The notes: generated from the sequence alone by a model not told the origin. A stretch of 64,000 nucleotides of DNA from an uncultured Alphaproteobacteria bacterium (GCA_904501925.1 CAJGCO010000004.1:5593-69592); one strand, 5' to 3'; counted from the first letter of the stretch, positions 18,554-30,395 are shown. Made by a program: numbers and translations.

Positions 18554-19704
18554 TGGGTAACAATATAAAATTTGACGTGTTGGGATATTATAATCTTTTT
18601 AGTTTACCACAAAATGCTGGTGATGAGGAAATTAGGGCCAAATATAAAGAACTAGTAAAAAAGTGGCACCCCGATTATAATAAATCACCTGAAGCTATTG
18701 AAATATTTCAAAAAATATCTGTTGCGTATAATGTGTTAAAAGACGAAGAAAGTAGGCTTGCTTACATTTTATTATCTATGGTTTATAACAAAAATAATAT
18801 TCCAGATAAAAACTCTCTTGCTATTATAAAAAACATTCATCAGCAAGAAGATTTGAATATGCGAGCTTTTAGATTAATTGAAATTACAGGAAAAGGTATT
18901 ACACACAAATCAATAGATAAAGCATATTATTGTAGTCAATATGAAGCTGTTAGCGTTATTACAAATATTGCTAAACATAACTGGCTATATGGTTTTTGGG
19001 GAATATCTGCGTTTTTTGCTAACATTAGAGCTATTACAAGGAATTTATGTTCCATTAATGATAGAAAAGAAAATATAAAACTATTTATTCATAATGCTCT
19101 TGCTTACTTAAATGAAAATAAAAACGAAGAAGCTTTAACTTTGTTTATGCTTGCAAAAGAATATGCAAATAATGTTGAGATGGTTTATATTGATAAATAT
19201 ATTTCATTGTTAAAAAATAACAAACCTTTATTGTTAAAGAAGTGGAATTTTACAAAACTACAACGCTTGCAACTGGTTTATCCGTTAGGAATAATTGTTG
19301 CTGTTATATTGGTTATTGGCTTTATATGCTTAAATAAATTTGAAAAAACTAGACAAGACACAACTGGAGTTAAACAAACGGTATTATTTAACAATGGTCA
19401 ATCCATTTATAGCGACGTATCTGTTTCTAAGATTTTTGATATCCCTGTTGATTTGCAAGATAAAAACAGGCTTTATCACTTAACAGAAGATGCTGACGTC
19501 AGACATGGAGCCGATAATAGTTTTGATATCTATAAAAAAGTTAAAAAAGGAACAACTGTTAGATTAACTGGTTACACTGTTGATGAAAAGTGGTTAAGAA
19601 TTATGCTTGATAATGGCGAAATGGGATTTGTTGAAAAACATAAAACAAAAAAGGGAATTGGTAACGAAATTCCTTTGTGGAGTAAAATTTATAAAGAAAA
19701 CTAA
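18553..19704 (+). CDS. J-domain membrane protein with a C-terminal SH3b-like domain
   Basis: The N-terminal J domain carries HPD (KKWHPDYNKS). There is one TM helix (LVYPLGIIVAVILVIGFICL). The C-terminus is SH3_3-like (VRLTGYTVDEKWLRIMLDNGEMGFV). The start overlaps the upstream stop (TAATG). Confidence 0.8.
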   Translation: MGNNIKFDVLGYYNLFSLPQNAGDEEIRAKYKELVKKWHPDYNKSPEAIEIFQKISVAYNVLKDEESRLAYILLSMVYNKNNIPDKNSLAIIKNIHQQEDLNMRAFRLIEITGKGITHKSIDKAYYCSQYEAVSVITNIAKHNWLYGFWGISAFFANIRAITRNLCSINDRKENIKLFIHNALAYLNENKNEEALTLFMLAKEYANNVEMVYIDKYISLLKNNKPLLLKKWNFTKLQRLQLVYPLGIIVAVILVIGFICLNKFEKTRQDTTGVKQTVLFNNGQSIYSDVSVSKIFDIPVDLQDKNRLYHLTEDADVRHGADNSFDIYKKVKKGTTVRLTGYTVDEKWLRIMLDNGEMGFVEKHKTKKGIGNEIPLWSKIYKEN

Positions 19705-19714
19705 GTAAGGATAA

Positions 19715-20842
<1,128 letters not shown>

Positions 20843-20843
20843 T

Positions 20844-21803
20844 ATGGCTAGAAAAAAAACAGTTTGCGATGACAAGAAAGGGCTTCTTTCCTCTTTTTTA
20901 AAGGAAAACCAAAAAGACGGTATTCGTGTTTTTGTTGCTGGTGGCTCTAGAGGTGGACATAATCCTATTTATGTAAAAGAGACTTATGAGCTAGGAAAGG
21001 CTATTGTTCGTATGGGATTCAAGTTGGATTTTGGGCTTTCAAATTCTGGTATTATGGGGGCTGTTGCTAGAGGTGTTATGGATGCTTGGAATGAAAAGCA
21101 AAACTGCACTGATCAAGATTTGCCAATTCAAGGAATAACAACTGAAGAATATTTTAAGCTATATGACTCTGAAGATGCAATGTTAAAGCATATTAATGTG
21201 ATTTTTGCAAAAACTTTAGAAGAAAGAAAGCAACGTTTACTTGATGCTGATTTTGTTGTATTTGCTCCTGGTGGCGTTGGAACGTTGGATGAACTTGCAT
21301 ATGATTGCGTTGCTATGCAGGATGGATTATTGGAGAAAAAACCTTTTATTCTTTATAATATTGGTGGGTTCTTTCACCACCTATTAGAATATTTGAAATC
21401 AATGGCAAATAAGGGGTTTGCTGATCCTGTACCATTTATTGTTGTTGACAATGATTTTGAGTTACAAGTTGCTTTTGAATTATTAAAATCAAAATATGGT
21501 AAATGCGAAGAAGATGGCAAAAAGGTTTATGCAAATGCAAGACAGTTAGTTTATGAATTACCTTATTTCATTAAGAAAAAGCTTGAAACAAATCAAGATA
21601 TTATCGACCTTGTTAGATATGTTTGTGGAATAAGAGCTTTTGGTGATGAGGAAGAAAAAGCAACTCTTGAAAGTGATATAGAAACAGCATATCTAGAAAA
21701 AGAAATTGAGCGTATGTATGATCGACTTGCAAAAGCCGGAAGGGATACATCTGTTGTTAGTTATAAGTTATCAAGATTAAAAAGGCGAAAAAGAAATCTT
21801 TAA
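20844..21803 (+). CDS. LOG-family (TIGR00730) nucleotide N-glycosidase-like protein with a C-terminal extension of about 100 aa
   Basis: GGSRGG...GIMGAVARG and PGGVGTLDELAYD motifs. The preferred start is the ATG at 20844, 1 nt after the tgt stop, with a GAGGAG RBS at 20831. The track start at 20769 lies inside tgt. Confidence 0.8.
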   Translation: MARKKTVCDDKKGLLSSFLKENQKDGIRVFVAGGSRGGHNPIYVKETYELGKAIVRMGFKLDFGLSNSGIMGAVARGVMDAWNEKQNCTDQDLPIQGITTEEYFKLYDSEDAMLKHINVIFAKTLEERKQRLLDADFVVFAPGGVGTLDELAYDCVAMQDGLLEKKPFILYNIGGFFHHLLEYLKSMANKGFADPVPFIVVDNDFELQVAFELLKSKYGKCEEDGKKVYANARQLVYELPYFIKKKLETNQDIIDLVRYVCGIRAFGDEEEKATLESDIETAYLEKEIERMYDRLAKAGRDTSVVSYKLSRLKRRKRNL

Positions 21804-21812
21804 GCACTTTAA

Positions 21813-23495
21813 TTAAAATAAACTATCCATTGTTTCTTTATTTAGCAGGACCTTTGCTGCTGCGCGTGCTTCTTTAGTTATGGTTTCGCCTGATAACATT
21901 CTTGCAACTTCTTCTAATTTACCATTTTCATCCAACTTAATTAAATTAGTTGTTGTTATATTGTCTTTTGTTTGTTTTTCAACCTTGAAATGACTTGAAC
22001 CAAAAGATGCAACTTGAGGAGAATGGGTTACGACTAAAATCTGAAGATTTTTTGATAATCTTGATAATCTTTCACCAACAGCCTGAGCAGTTGCACCACC
22101 TATTCCGGTATCTATTTCATCAAAAATAAGAGTTTCTTGACTTGATTGCTGTGCTAGGTTTACCTTTAGAGCAAGCATCAAACGTGATAACTCACCACCT
22201 GATGCTATTTTATTTAATGCTCCTAATGGTGTATTTGGGTTGGTTGAGACTTCAAAACAAACGTTATCACAACCTGTATCAGACCAACAATCTTTTTCTT
22301 TTATTGTTATAGATGTTTTAAACAATGCTTTTTCCATTTTTAATGGAGGGAGCTCTTTATTTATATTAGTATCTAAAGCTTCGGCTTTTGATTTACGCAT
22401 ATCGCTTAAAATTAGAGCAGATTTAGTATATTCTTTTTTATTTTCTTCAACTTCTTTATATAGGTTTTCTAAATTATCTACATCATTCTGCAAATTATTT
22501 AATATATTTTCAAACTCTTCTTTTTTATTAGGAAGATCATTTATCGTTGTTTGATGTTTTCTTGCTAAATCCTTTAGAGCAAATAATCTTGTTTCGATGT
22601 TATCTATTTCATTTTGACTTAAGCTTATTGAGGATGATATATTTTCTATTTCATCAATAATATCATTGATAGTATAAAGGGTGTTTTCAATATTTTCTTC
22701 TAATGATGAATATTTGCCATCTACAAGTTCGTTTACTTTTGAGATAGAGTTTAGAGCTTTTGATAACTGCTCTGCTACAGATATAGCTCCATTTAAATTA
22801 CTATAAGCATAATTTAACTTTTCTATTATTTTTTCAGCATTCATTAGTTCTTGACGTTTAGATCTTAAGATATCTTCTTCGTCTTTTTGAGGAGATATTT
22901 TATCTAACTCTTTTACCCAATGTTTTATATTTTCTTCATCTTCTTTGGCTTTTTTTATTAGCTCTTCTTTTTCTTTAAGTTTCTTGAGGCTTTTTTTATA
23001 TTTATCGTAGCTTATTTTAACATTATCAAGCTCTTTGCTATAACAACCATAACTATCTAGGATATTTTCATGAAATGATGGGTTTAATAAACCTTGGTTA
23101 TCATGTTGTCCATGTATTTCTATTAAATTTGAGCTTATTTCTTTTAGAAGTTTTAGGGTTATCACTTGATCATTAAAAAGGACTTTATTCTTCCCATCTT
23201 GGGTTATTGTTCTTTTTATTATAATATCACCATCAATTTCTAAATCATATTCTTTAGCAATATCATATATTTTATTTGATGCATCTATTTCAAAAACACC
23301 TGTAACGGTAAGTTTATCTGCACCAACTCTTATTAAAGATGTTTCTGAGCGATTTCCTAAAATTAGCCCAAGAGAATCCAATAAAATTGATTTACCGGCA
23401 CCTGTTTCTCCACTAAAAACTGTAAGCCCTTTAGAAAAATCTATATCTAAGCTATCTATTAAAACAACATTTCTAATGGAGAGAAATTTCAGCAT
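21813..23495 (-). CDS. recN: DNA repair protein RecN
   Basis: N-terminal Walker A GETGAGKSILLD, a long coiled coil, and the C-terminal SGGELSRLMLALK and LIFDEIDTGIGG motifs. Confidence 0.92.
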   Translation of the reverse strand: MLKFLSIRNVVLIDSLDIDFSKGLTVFSGETGAGKSILLDSLGLILGNRSETSLIRVGADKLTVTGVFEIDASNKIYDIAKEYDLEIDGDIIIKRTITQDGKNKVLFNDQVITLKLLKEISSNLIEIHGQHDNQGLLNPSFHENILDSYGCYSKELDNVKISYDKYKKSLKKLKEKEELIKKAKEDEENIKHWVKELDKISPQKDEEDILRSKRQELMNAEKIIEKLNYAYSNLNGAISVAEQLSKALNSISKVNELVDGKYSSLEENIENTLYTINDIIDEIENISSSISLSQNEIDNIETRLFALKDLARKHQTTINDLPNKKEEFENILNNLQNDVDNLENLYKEVEENKKEYTKSALILSDMRKSKAEALDTNINKELPPLKMEKALFKTSITIKEKDCWSDTGCDNVCFEVSTNPNTPLGALNKIASGGELSRLMLALKVNLAQQSSQETLIFDEIDTGIGGATAQAVGERLSRLSKNLQILVVTHSPQVASFGSSHFKVEKQTKDNITTTNLIKLDENGKLEEVARMLSGETITKEARAAAKVLLNKETMDSLF

Positions 23496-23504
23496 TTTAT
23501 TTTA

Positions 23505-24254
23505 TTATTCCTTTGAAACTAATTCTTGAGCAAGCTTTGACCATTTGCTTTCTGGATAGTTGGAAGTTAGAATTTTTTCTTTATTTTTAGCTTCTGTTGT
23601 TAAACCTAGAATTGTGTAAATTTCTACTTCTCTATATAAAGCTTCTTCTATTTGTGGAGTTGTTTGAAAATTATCAGTTACTGCAGAAAAACGATTTAAG
23701 GCAGAAACATAATCTTTGTTTTCAAGATAATATCTACCAATGGTCATTTCGTGTCCTGCAAGATGATCTTCAATTAGGGTCATTTTTGATTTTGCATCTT
23801 CTGCATATTCGGATGTTGGGAATAATGTTATTATTTGTGAAAAAGTATCATATGCATCTTTGGTGGCTGATTGCTCTTTTTCTGATGAAGATATTTGATT
23901 GTAATAACTTAAACCTTTTAAATAATAAGCATATGAAACATCTTTATTGCCAGGGTGAAGCCTAATAAACCTATCAAGAGCTGCTATTGCATCGTCATAG
24001 TTTTCAGCTTTGTAATAAGAATATGCACTCATTAATTTTGATTTTGTTGCCCATTTTGAATATGGGTGTTCCATTTCTACTTTATCAAAAGTTTCTGCAG
24101 CTTTTTGGTAAGATGTTTTTTCAAGATAATTATACCCTTCTGTATATAATTGTTCAGCTGTTTTATCTTCGTCATTGATGATATTTTCATTTGAAGCACA
24201 CGCTGATAACATTATAATACAAGTAAATGATATTAAGCTAAAAAACTTTTTCAT
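23505..24254 (-). CDS. bamD: outer membrane protein assembly factor BamD (TPR lipoprotein)
   Basis: Lipobox MLSAC, TPR-like repeats and the size of the YfiO family. Sits between recN and lpxC. Confidence 0.8.
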   Translation of the reverse strand: MKKFFSLISFTCIIMLSACASNENIINDEDKTAEQLYTEGYNYLEKTSYQKAAETFDKVEMEHPYSKWATKSKLMSAYSYYKAENYDDAIAALDRFIRLHPGNKDVSYAYYLKGLSYYNQISSSEKEQSATKDAYDTFSQIITLFPTSEYAEDAKSKMTLIEDHLAGHEMTIGRYYLENKDYVSALNRFSAVTDNFQTTPQIEEALYREVEIYTILGLTTEAKNKEKILTSNYPESKWSKLAQELVSKE

Positions 24255-24265
24255 ATATTATCTCC

Positions 24266-25120
24266 TTAAACAATTTCATAATTTTCGGGCGAACTAAATA
24301 ACACCTTTAGTATCTCGTTATTATGGAAATGACCACTTTTGTTAGCAACAACTTTTGCTAATATATAGTATCCAGATGTATATAAATCACCTATAGTATC
24401 TAAAACTTTGTGATTAACACATTCGTTTACAACTCTAAAACCTTCAGGATTTAAGATTTTATCACCATCTAAAACGACTGCATTATCTAGAGAACCTCCT
24501 TTGATTAAGCCAATTGATTTTAGGTAATCAACTTGATATTTTTCGCAAAATGTTCGGCAAGGGGCTATTTCTGAAGAAAAAACATCAGATGTAATTGTCT
24601 TGTTAAAATTTTGATGACCCACGATTGGTGATGGAAAATCTATATCAAAACATATACTTAATTCATCTGATGGATATAATGTAACAAAAGACCCTTTATC
24701 ATCTTTAAATGTTACTTCTTTTTTTACTTTTAGTATTTTTCTTGGTGCGTTTTGTTCTTCTAATTCAACGTTATTTAGTTTTTCTAAAAACTCTTTGTCA
24801 CTACCATCTAAAATTGGAATTTCGGAATTATTTATTTTTATAAAAGCATTATCTATTCCTAAAATATACAAAACAGCCATCAAGTGTTCTATTGTGCTAA
24901 CAATGTTTTGAGGAGAGCTACCTAAACAAGTGCAATTTCTTGTATCTATCACTGTTGAATAAAGAGCCTTTAAAGGTATAGAATCGGCAATATCCGTTCT
25001 TTGAAAAACAATACCAGTATTTTCAGCAGAAGGTTCTATTGTTAAACAAACAGGCATTCCTGAGTGCAAACCTATCCCAGAAATCTCTATTGCGTTCTTT
25101 AATGTGTGTTGCTTTTGCAT
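24266..25120 (-). CDS. lpxC: UDP-3-O-acyl-N-acetylglucosamine deacetylase
   Basis: GIGLHSG, TIEHLMAVL and HKVLDTIGDL motifs. Confidence 0.92.
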   Translation of the reverse strand: MQKQHTLKNAIEISGIGLHSGMPVCLTIEPSAENTGIVFQRTDIADSIPLKALYSTVIDTRNCTCLGSSPQNIVSTIEHLMAVLYILGIDNAFIKINNSEIPILDGSDKEFLEKLNNVELEEQNAPRKILKVKKEVTFKDDKGSFVTLYPSDELSICFDIDFPSPIVGHQNFNKTITSDVFSSEIAPCRTFCEKYQVDYLKSIGLIKGGSLDNAVVLDGDKILNPEGFRVVNECVNHKVLDTIGDLYTSGYYILAKVVANKSGHFHNNEILKVLFSSPENYEIV

Positions 25121-25140
25121 TTTCTCCTCCTAAAAAACAA

Positions 25141-25506
25141 GGGCGACCTATAAGCCGAGTTATGTACTTTAATTATAAAGCGATAGTTATTCATCTAGAC
25201 CAAATGTCACCATTTGGCTCAAGCGACCCACCTCTGGAGTGGAGTGGAAACTCTCCGTATAATGGCTAAAAACCACTCTCCTAACTTGGTCTTGCATCAG
25301 ATAGGGTTTACCTTGCCAAAGATATTACTACCTTTGCGGTGAGCTCTTACCTCGCCTTTTCAACCTTGCCAAAATAAATTTGGCGGTAATTTTCTGTGGC
25401 ACTTTCCCTTAGATTTCTCTAGCCAGACGTTATCTGGTATCTTGTTTCCACGATGCTCGGACTTTCCTCACCAATAAAATATTAGCGCAACTATCCGGTC
25501 ACCCTG
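25141..25506 (-). ncRNA. rnpB: RNase P RNA (bacterial type A)
   Basis: The reverse complement contains GAGGAAAGTCCGAGC, AGGGAAAGTGCCACAGAAA, GGTAAGAGCTCACCGC and CTAGATGAATAACT...ACATAACTCGGCTTATAGGTCGCCC. P1 pairing is 5' GGGTGACC with 3' GGTCGCCC. The region is richer in G+C than its flanks. Confidence 0.9.
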
Positions 25507-25668
25507 ATTTTTATTTAACACATATCAATTTAAAATCAATCTTTATAAGCACGTATTGGTATTTTTTATTTTTTTTAACTTTTTATTAACTTTTTTCTTG
25601 ATTTATAGAAAATTTATGATATTTTGTCTAAAAATTATTGAAAACCATTTAAATTGGAGCCCTTTAAT

Positions 25669-26283
25669 ATGACAAAAAAAATATACTTTATACTTTTTAG
25701 TGCTATTTTAATTTTAAGCGCAAAAATATCTTATGCTGAATGTGATGGCTTTTACCTTGCTGGTAGAGTTGGACAAGCAAAAATTGAAGTTGAAGACGCT
25801 AGAGGATTAGATGAAAGCCCTTCTGATGGCGTTATAAATAAAAAAAGATTATTAGTTAGTGGTGCTATTGGCTATCGTCATGAACACTGGAGAGCTGAAC
25901 TTGAATATATTTGGAGAAAGAAAAACGAGAAAAATGTTACAGAATTCTCTAGAGTAAACTTTAAATCACAATCTTATATGTTTGTTGTGTACTATGACTT
26001 TTTCCCATATACATGGTTTACACCTTTTGTTAATGCTGGTGTGGGATATTCAAGCAATAAGCTAACAATTAAAAACAACTCTGTTGATACAACACTTAAT
26101 GTTAAAGCAAATAGCTTTACTTGGTCTCTTGGTGCTGGTATTTCTGCAAAAATTACAAATCGCTTAAACATGGATGTTGGATACCGTTATTATGATATGG
26201 GTGATGGTGAATTAAACATCTATAATGGTAAAACAGAAACAACAGATCACGAAGTTTATATGGGCTTTAGATACGTTCTATAA
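25669..26283 (+). CDS. small outer-membrane beta-barrel protein (Omp25/OmpA-like beta-barrel family)
   Basis: Signal peptide ending YAE, alternating aromatic beta-strand pattern and C-terminal YMGFRYVL. The preferred start is the ATG at 25669, with GGAG 9 nt upstream. Confidence 0.72.
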   Translation: MTKKIYFILFSAILILSAKISYAECDGFYLAGRVGQAKIEVEDARGLDESPSDGVINKKRLLVSGAIGYRHEHWRAELEYIWRKKNEKNVTEFSRVNFKSQSYMFVVYYDFFPYTWFTPFVNAGVGYSSNKLTIKNNSVDTTLNVKANSFTWSLGAGISAKITNRLNMDVGYRYYDMGDGELNIYNGKTETTDHEVYMGFRYVL

Positions 26284-26359
26284 TAAATATTACAAAACGC
26301 TTGCAATATCGTTTATATAAACATACCTTTATTTATATAGAACAATATTGGAGTTAGAT

Positions 26360-27700
26360 ATGAGTAATTTATTTGGAACTGATGGTGTTAGGGGTGTTGC
26401 AGGACAACACCCCATTAATGTTGACTTTTCTATTAAACTGGCAAATGTATTAAGTAAACTTGTTTGCTTGGATAAAAAAAGAGTTGCAATTGGAAAAGAT
26501 ACAAGAATTTCTGGAGATATGTTAGAATCGGCTTTAATAGCTGGGTTTAATGCCAATGGAATCGATGTATTGTCTCTAGGCGTTGTTCCTACACCTTTAT
26601 TAACGTGCAAAACTAAATCTCTTGATGTTGATATGGCGATTATGATTACAGCTTCTCATAATCCTTATTTTGATAATGGTCTAAAATTAATTAATCAAAC
26701 TGGCGATAAATTTTCTGATGAACTTTATGACGAAATAGAAAAAGCTCTTAATGAGCCCATGACAAATAGTGAAACTCAACAATTTGGGAAAGTAATTAGA
26801 AAAGAAGAGTTGGTTGAAGAATATATTAAAGATATGAGGGAAATTGCACCAAATTATAAAGCTCTTCAAGGTATTAGAGTTGTTTTGGATTGTGCTAATG
26901 GTGCTTATCACTATATATTGCCACAAACATTTAAAGATTTAGGCGCAGGTGTTCTTGCTATTAACAACAATCCTGATGGATACAACATTAATGAAAAATG
27001 TGGCTCACAACATGTTGAACAATTATCACAAACTGTTATTGATTCAAAAGCTCACTTTGGAATAGCTGTAGATGGCGATGGTGATAGAATTATATTAGTT
27101 GATGAGAAAGGTTGTGTTATTGATGGCGATCAACTATTATGTCTCTTAGCAAAACATCTAAAAAAACAAGATAAATTATCAAACAACACAGTTATAAGCA
27201 CTGAGTGGTCTAACTTAGGGCTTGGAGAATATTTACTCAACAATGGGTATCAATATTATAAAAGTAAAGTTGGTGAAAGATATGTTATTGATTTGATGAA
27301 GGAAAAAAATGCATGTCTTGGAGGCGAGGTTGTTGGACATATTGTTCTATCTGATTATGCTGTTAGTGGTGATGCCTTAGCAACAGCCCTTGTTATTGCT
27401 CTTGCATATTGTGAAGAAAATAAAAAAATGAGCGAAATATTCCCAATTTTTAATCCTTATCCTTGCATTATAAGAAACATTAGATTTAAAAACAGAGAAG
27501 ATATGCTCAATAGTGTTGAGCAAGACGATGTTAAAAAAGAAATTGAAAAAGCAAAAAAACTTCTTGGAGAAAAAAGCACACTAATAGTTAGAAAATCTGG
27601 AACAGAGCCAACTATTAAATTAAGAATAGAAGACAAAAACGAAGCTATCGTTAAAGAAGTTGCAGACAATCTTGAAAAGGTAATATCAAAATATAGATAA
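26360..27700 (+). CDS. glmM: phosphoglucosamine mutase
   Basis: FGTDGVRG N-terminus, active-site TASHNP and metal site DGDGDR. The preferred start is the ATG at 26360. Confidence 0.92.
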   Translation: MSNLFGTDGVRGVAGQHPINVDFSIKLANVLSKLVCLDKKRVAIGKDTRISGDMLESALIAGFNANGIDVLSLGVVPTPLLTCKTKSLDVDMAIMITASHNPYFDNGLKLINQTGDKFSDELYDEIEKALNEPMTNSETQQFGKVIRKEELVEEYIKDMREIAPNYKALQGIRVVLDCANGAYHYILPQTFKDLGAGVLAINNNPDGYNINEKCGSQHVEQLSQTVIDSKAHFGIAVDGDGDRIILVDEKGCVIDGDQLLCLLAKHLKKQDKLSNNTVISTEWSNLGLGEYLLNNGYQYYKSKVGERYVIDLMKEKNACLGGEVVGHIVLSDYAVSGDALATALVIALAYCEENKKMSEIFPIFNPYPCIIRNIRFKNREDMLNSVEQDDVKKEIEKAKKLLGEKSTLIVRKSGTEPTIKLRIEDKNEAIVKEVADNLEKVISKYR

Positions 27701-27703
27701 AAA

Positions 27704-29491
27704 TTAGTGAGTTATATTTTCTATATTTTTTAGTAAATTACTAGTTTTTTCATTTTCTAGGGTTAGTACATCATTTTGAACTAGCCCTGTTTTTATTTTG
27801 CTTTTTACCTTTTTGACATTTATCTCATTATAGTCATCTTTTTGCTTTAAGGCTTGTTTCCATTGAAAAATAGCTTCATTTTTTCTGCCACCCTGCCAAT
27901 AAGCATCTCCTAAATGATCACTAATAACGGCATTTTGAGGATCTAATTCTGAAGCACGCTCTAAAAAGTTTATAGCGTTTTTGTAATCTCCTGTTTTATA
28001 GTAAACCCAGCCAAGACTATCTAAAACAAAACCATCATTTGGACTTTTTTCATATGCTTCAACGATATATTCTACGGCTAAATCGGTCTTTATTCCTGTT
28101 TTTAACCAACTATATCCAAGATAATTTAGAACATGAGGATGGCGATTGCTTAATTTTAGAGCTTTACTTAACTTCTCTTCAGCTTTTACCCATTCATTAT
28201 TTTTATCATAGGAAATAGCTAAAGCATAATATACCGGCCAATATTTATCAGCTTCATAGAAAATAGAATCTATTGCTTTGTTATAGTATTCTATTGCAGA
28301 TATTTGATCGTTATTAAACCTTGAAATATCGCCTAGATTAAACAAAATTTGAAAATTATCTGGATTATTTTTCAATAATTTCTTTAATACAACTAGTGCT
28401 TCATCATATTTTTCTAAAGACGATAAATTTTGAGCTTTTTTCATTTGAGCAGGATAATACATTTCAGATTTTCGATTAATAGAATCGTAATATGAATTTG
28501 CATCATTATACATTAATCTATCTTCAAACAACCCAGCTAATGCAATTTTTGTTACATCATTATCAGGATTAAAATATTTAGAAAACGCCATATATATTTG
28601 AGCATAATCATATCCTGCAGGAATAGTTTTAAACAATAAACCAATCTCTAAAAACACTTCACTAACACCTGATTGAGGAGTGTTTATTATTGATGGAGTT
28701 TTTTTTGAACTTTCTTTAATTTTATTACTAAGGCTTGAAAGCATTTCTTTTATATTACTTGAGCCATAGAACCTATTAATTAACCCAAGAGCTTCCTTTT
28801 TTTTGTTATTACGAACCATAAAGTTAGATATTAATTGCAAAGCTCTAAAAGAAATATCTGAAGCATTATTATCTATTATTGATTGATAGTGTGTTTCTGC
28901 TTTTTGATTATCTTTAAAATACTCAGCAATTAATCCTGAGTGAAGATGATAAACAGTAAACATTTCTTCTGATTTTGATAAAACGTCCAATTCTTTAATA
29001 GCTTGATCATAACTATTTTCACCAACATAGGACCAAGCATTGAGTAATGGATTTATTAAATTTTTGTATGTTTTTTCATCTATTTTATTTAGCAAATTAC
29101 GAGATAGTCTATAATTACCTTTTTGAAATTCATAAACAGCATTTATAACATCAATAAATGTATTATCATCGCCATCTTGACGAGCAAGGTTTGCATATTT
29201 CACGGATTTATCTACATCTCCTAATGATGCTAGTATTATATAAGTTTTTCCTAGTAAATCTTTATTTTTCAAACCTCTTTCTATACTTTTTGCATAGTAA
29301 TATGAAGCTTTATTATAATCTTGCCTTATATGAGCAACTCTTCCTGCTAGGTAATTACCATAAGCCGAATCCTTTGTTTGCAAATATGAAATTATCATTT
29401 TTTCATTTGGCAAATTAACTAAATTTGCAGCGCAAGAATTAAATAAACCCAATCCACTTAATAACGTTATAACATAGCTTAATTTTAGCAT
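27704..29491 (-). CDS. TPR-repeat (lipo)protein
   Basis: 595 aa with an N-terminal signal and Cys (LFNSC). Multiple TPR units, e.g. AISYDKNNEWVKAEEKLSKALKL and GDAYWQGGRKNEAIFQWKQAL. Confidence 0.75.
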   Translation of the reverse strand: MLKLSYVITLLSGLGLFNSCAANLVNLPNEKMIISYLQTKDSAYGNYLAGRVAHIRQDYNKASYYYAKSIERGLKNKDLLGKTYIILASLGDVDKSVKYANLARQDGDDNTFIDVINAVYEFQKGNYRLSRNLLNKIDEKTYKNLINPLLNAWSYVGENSYDQAIKELDVLSKSEEMFTVYHLHSGLIAEYFKDNQKAETHYQSIIDNNASDISFRALQLISNFMVRNNKKKEALGLINRFYGSSNIKEMLSSLSNKIKESSKKTPSIINTPQSGVSEVFLEIGLLFKTIPAGYDYAQIYMAFSKYFNPDNDVTKIALAGLFEDRLMYNDANSYYDSINRKSEMYYPAQMKKAQNLSSLEKYDEALVVLKKLLKNNPDNFQILFNLGDISRFNNDQISAIEYYNKAIDSIFYEADKYWPVYYALAISYDKNNEWVKAEEKLSKALKLSNRHPHVLNYLGYSWLKTGIKTDLAVEYIVEAYEKSPNDGFVLDSLGWVYYKTGDYKNAINFLERASELDPQNAVISDHLGDAYWQGGRKNEAIFQWKQALKQKDDYNEINVKKVKSKIKTGLVQNDVLTLENEKTSNLLKNIENITH

Positions 29492-29618
29492 TTAACAAAT
29501 AATCCCTAGTTTGACTTATTTTGTAATTTTTTTCTTAACTTTAAAGTTATTTTATTATATATGTGTAAATAATTACTTTACATAACAATAAAAAGTTAAA
29601 TATATAAGAATAGATAGT

Positions 29619-30395
29619 ATGACTAAACAAATTAACATAAAAGAGGCTTTAGACTGGTATATTTGGGCAGGAATTGTTGAAACCTGTGGTGATTTTGCAT
29701 GTATTGAGGAAAACAAAACATCAACTGAGCCTATTATAAGAAAAGAAGAAAATATTCAGCCTGTTAAACAAAATTTAGAATCGTCAGCTGTAAAAAATGC
29801 TAAAGATTTATGTAATAATATTTCAACATTGAGTGAGCTATTTGAAGCATTAAATAAATTTAATGGTTGTAATTTAAAAAATACAGCAGCTTCAACCGTT
29901 ATTGGCGAAGGAAATCATAACGCAGATATTATGTTTATTGGTGAAGCCCCTGGGGCTGATGAAGATAAAATGGGCAAACCTTTTGTTGGGAAATGTGGTA
30001 AATTACTTGATAAGATGTTATCTGCAATAGATTTAAATAGAGACGATTGTTATATTACAAATGTTTTACCATGGAGACCACCTGGAAATAGAACACCAAC
30101 AGATGATGAGTTGGCAATATGTTTACCTTTTCTAAAAAAACAAATAGAGCTAATTAAACCTAAAGTTATTGTTTTATTAGGTGGAATTGCTTTAAAATCA
30201 TTGATGGACTCTAATGATTCTATTTCAAGAACTAGAGGAAAATGGTTGGAGTATGAGTGTGAAGCCAATAAGTCTATTTGTACTATTGCAACCTATCATC
30301 CTTCTTTTTTGCTTAGAAGTTCTTCGCAAAAATCCAGAGCATGGGCTGATTTCTTGAGATTAAAAAATAAGATAAATGAATTAGAAGTGGATTAG
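29619..30395 (+). CDS. uracil-DNA glycosylase, family 4
   Basis: GEAPGADEDKMGKPFVG motif and a C-terminal HPSFLLR motif. The N-terminal extension is about 90 aa. Confidence 0.85.
   Translation: MTKQINIKEALDWYIWAGIVETCGDFACIEENKTSTEPIIRKEENIQPVKQNLESSAVKNAKDLCNNISTLSELFEALNKFNGCNLKNTAASTVIGEGNHNADIMFIGEAPGADEDKMGKPFVGKCGKLLDKMLSAIDLNRDDCYITNVLPWRPPGNRTPTDDELAICLPFLKKQIELIKPKVIVLLGGIALKSLMDSNDSISRTRGKWLEYECEANKSICTIATYHPSFLLRSSSQKSRAWADFLRLKNKINELEVD

Noticed and set aside
25039-25269. A 76-aa plus-strand ORF in the ORF track between lpxC and the OMP gene.
   Set aside because: It lies antisense within the RNase P RNA gene and overlaps the lpxC 5' end. The region carries the universal rnpB motifs on the minus strand, so the ORF is spurious.
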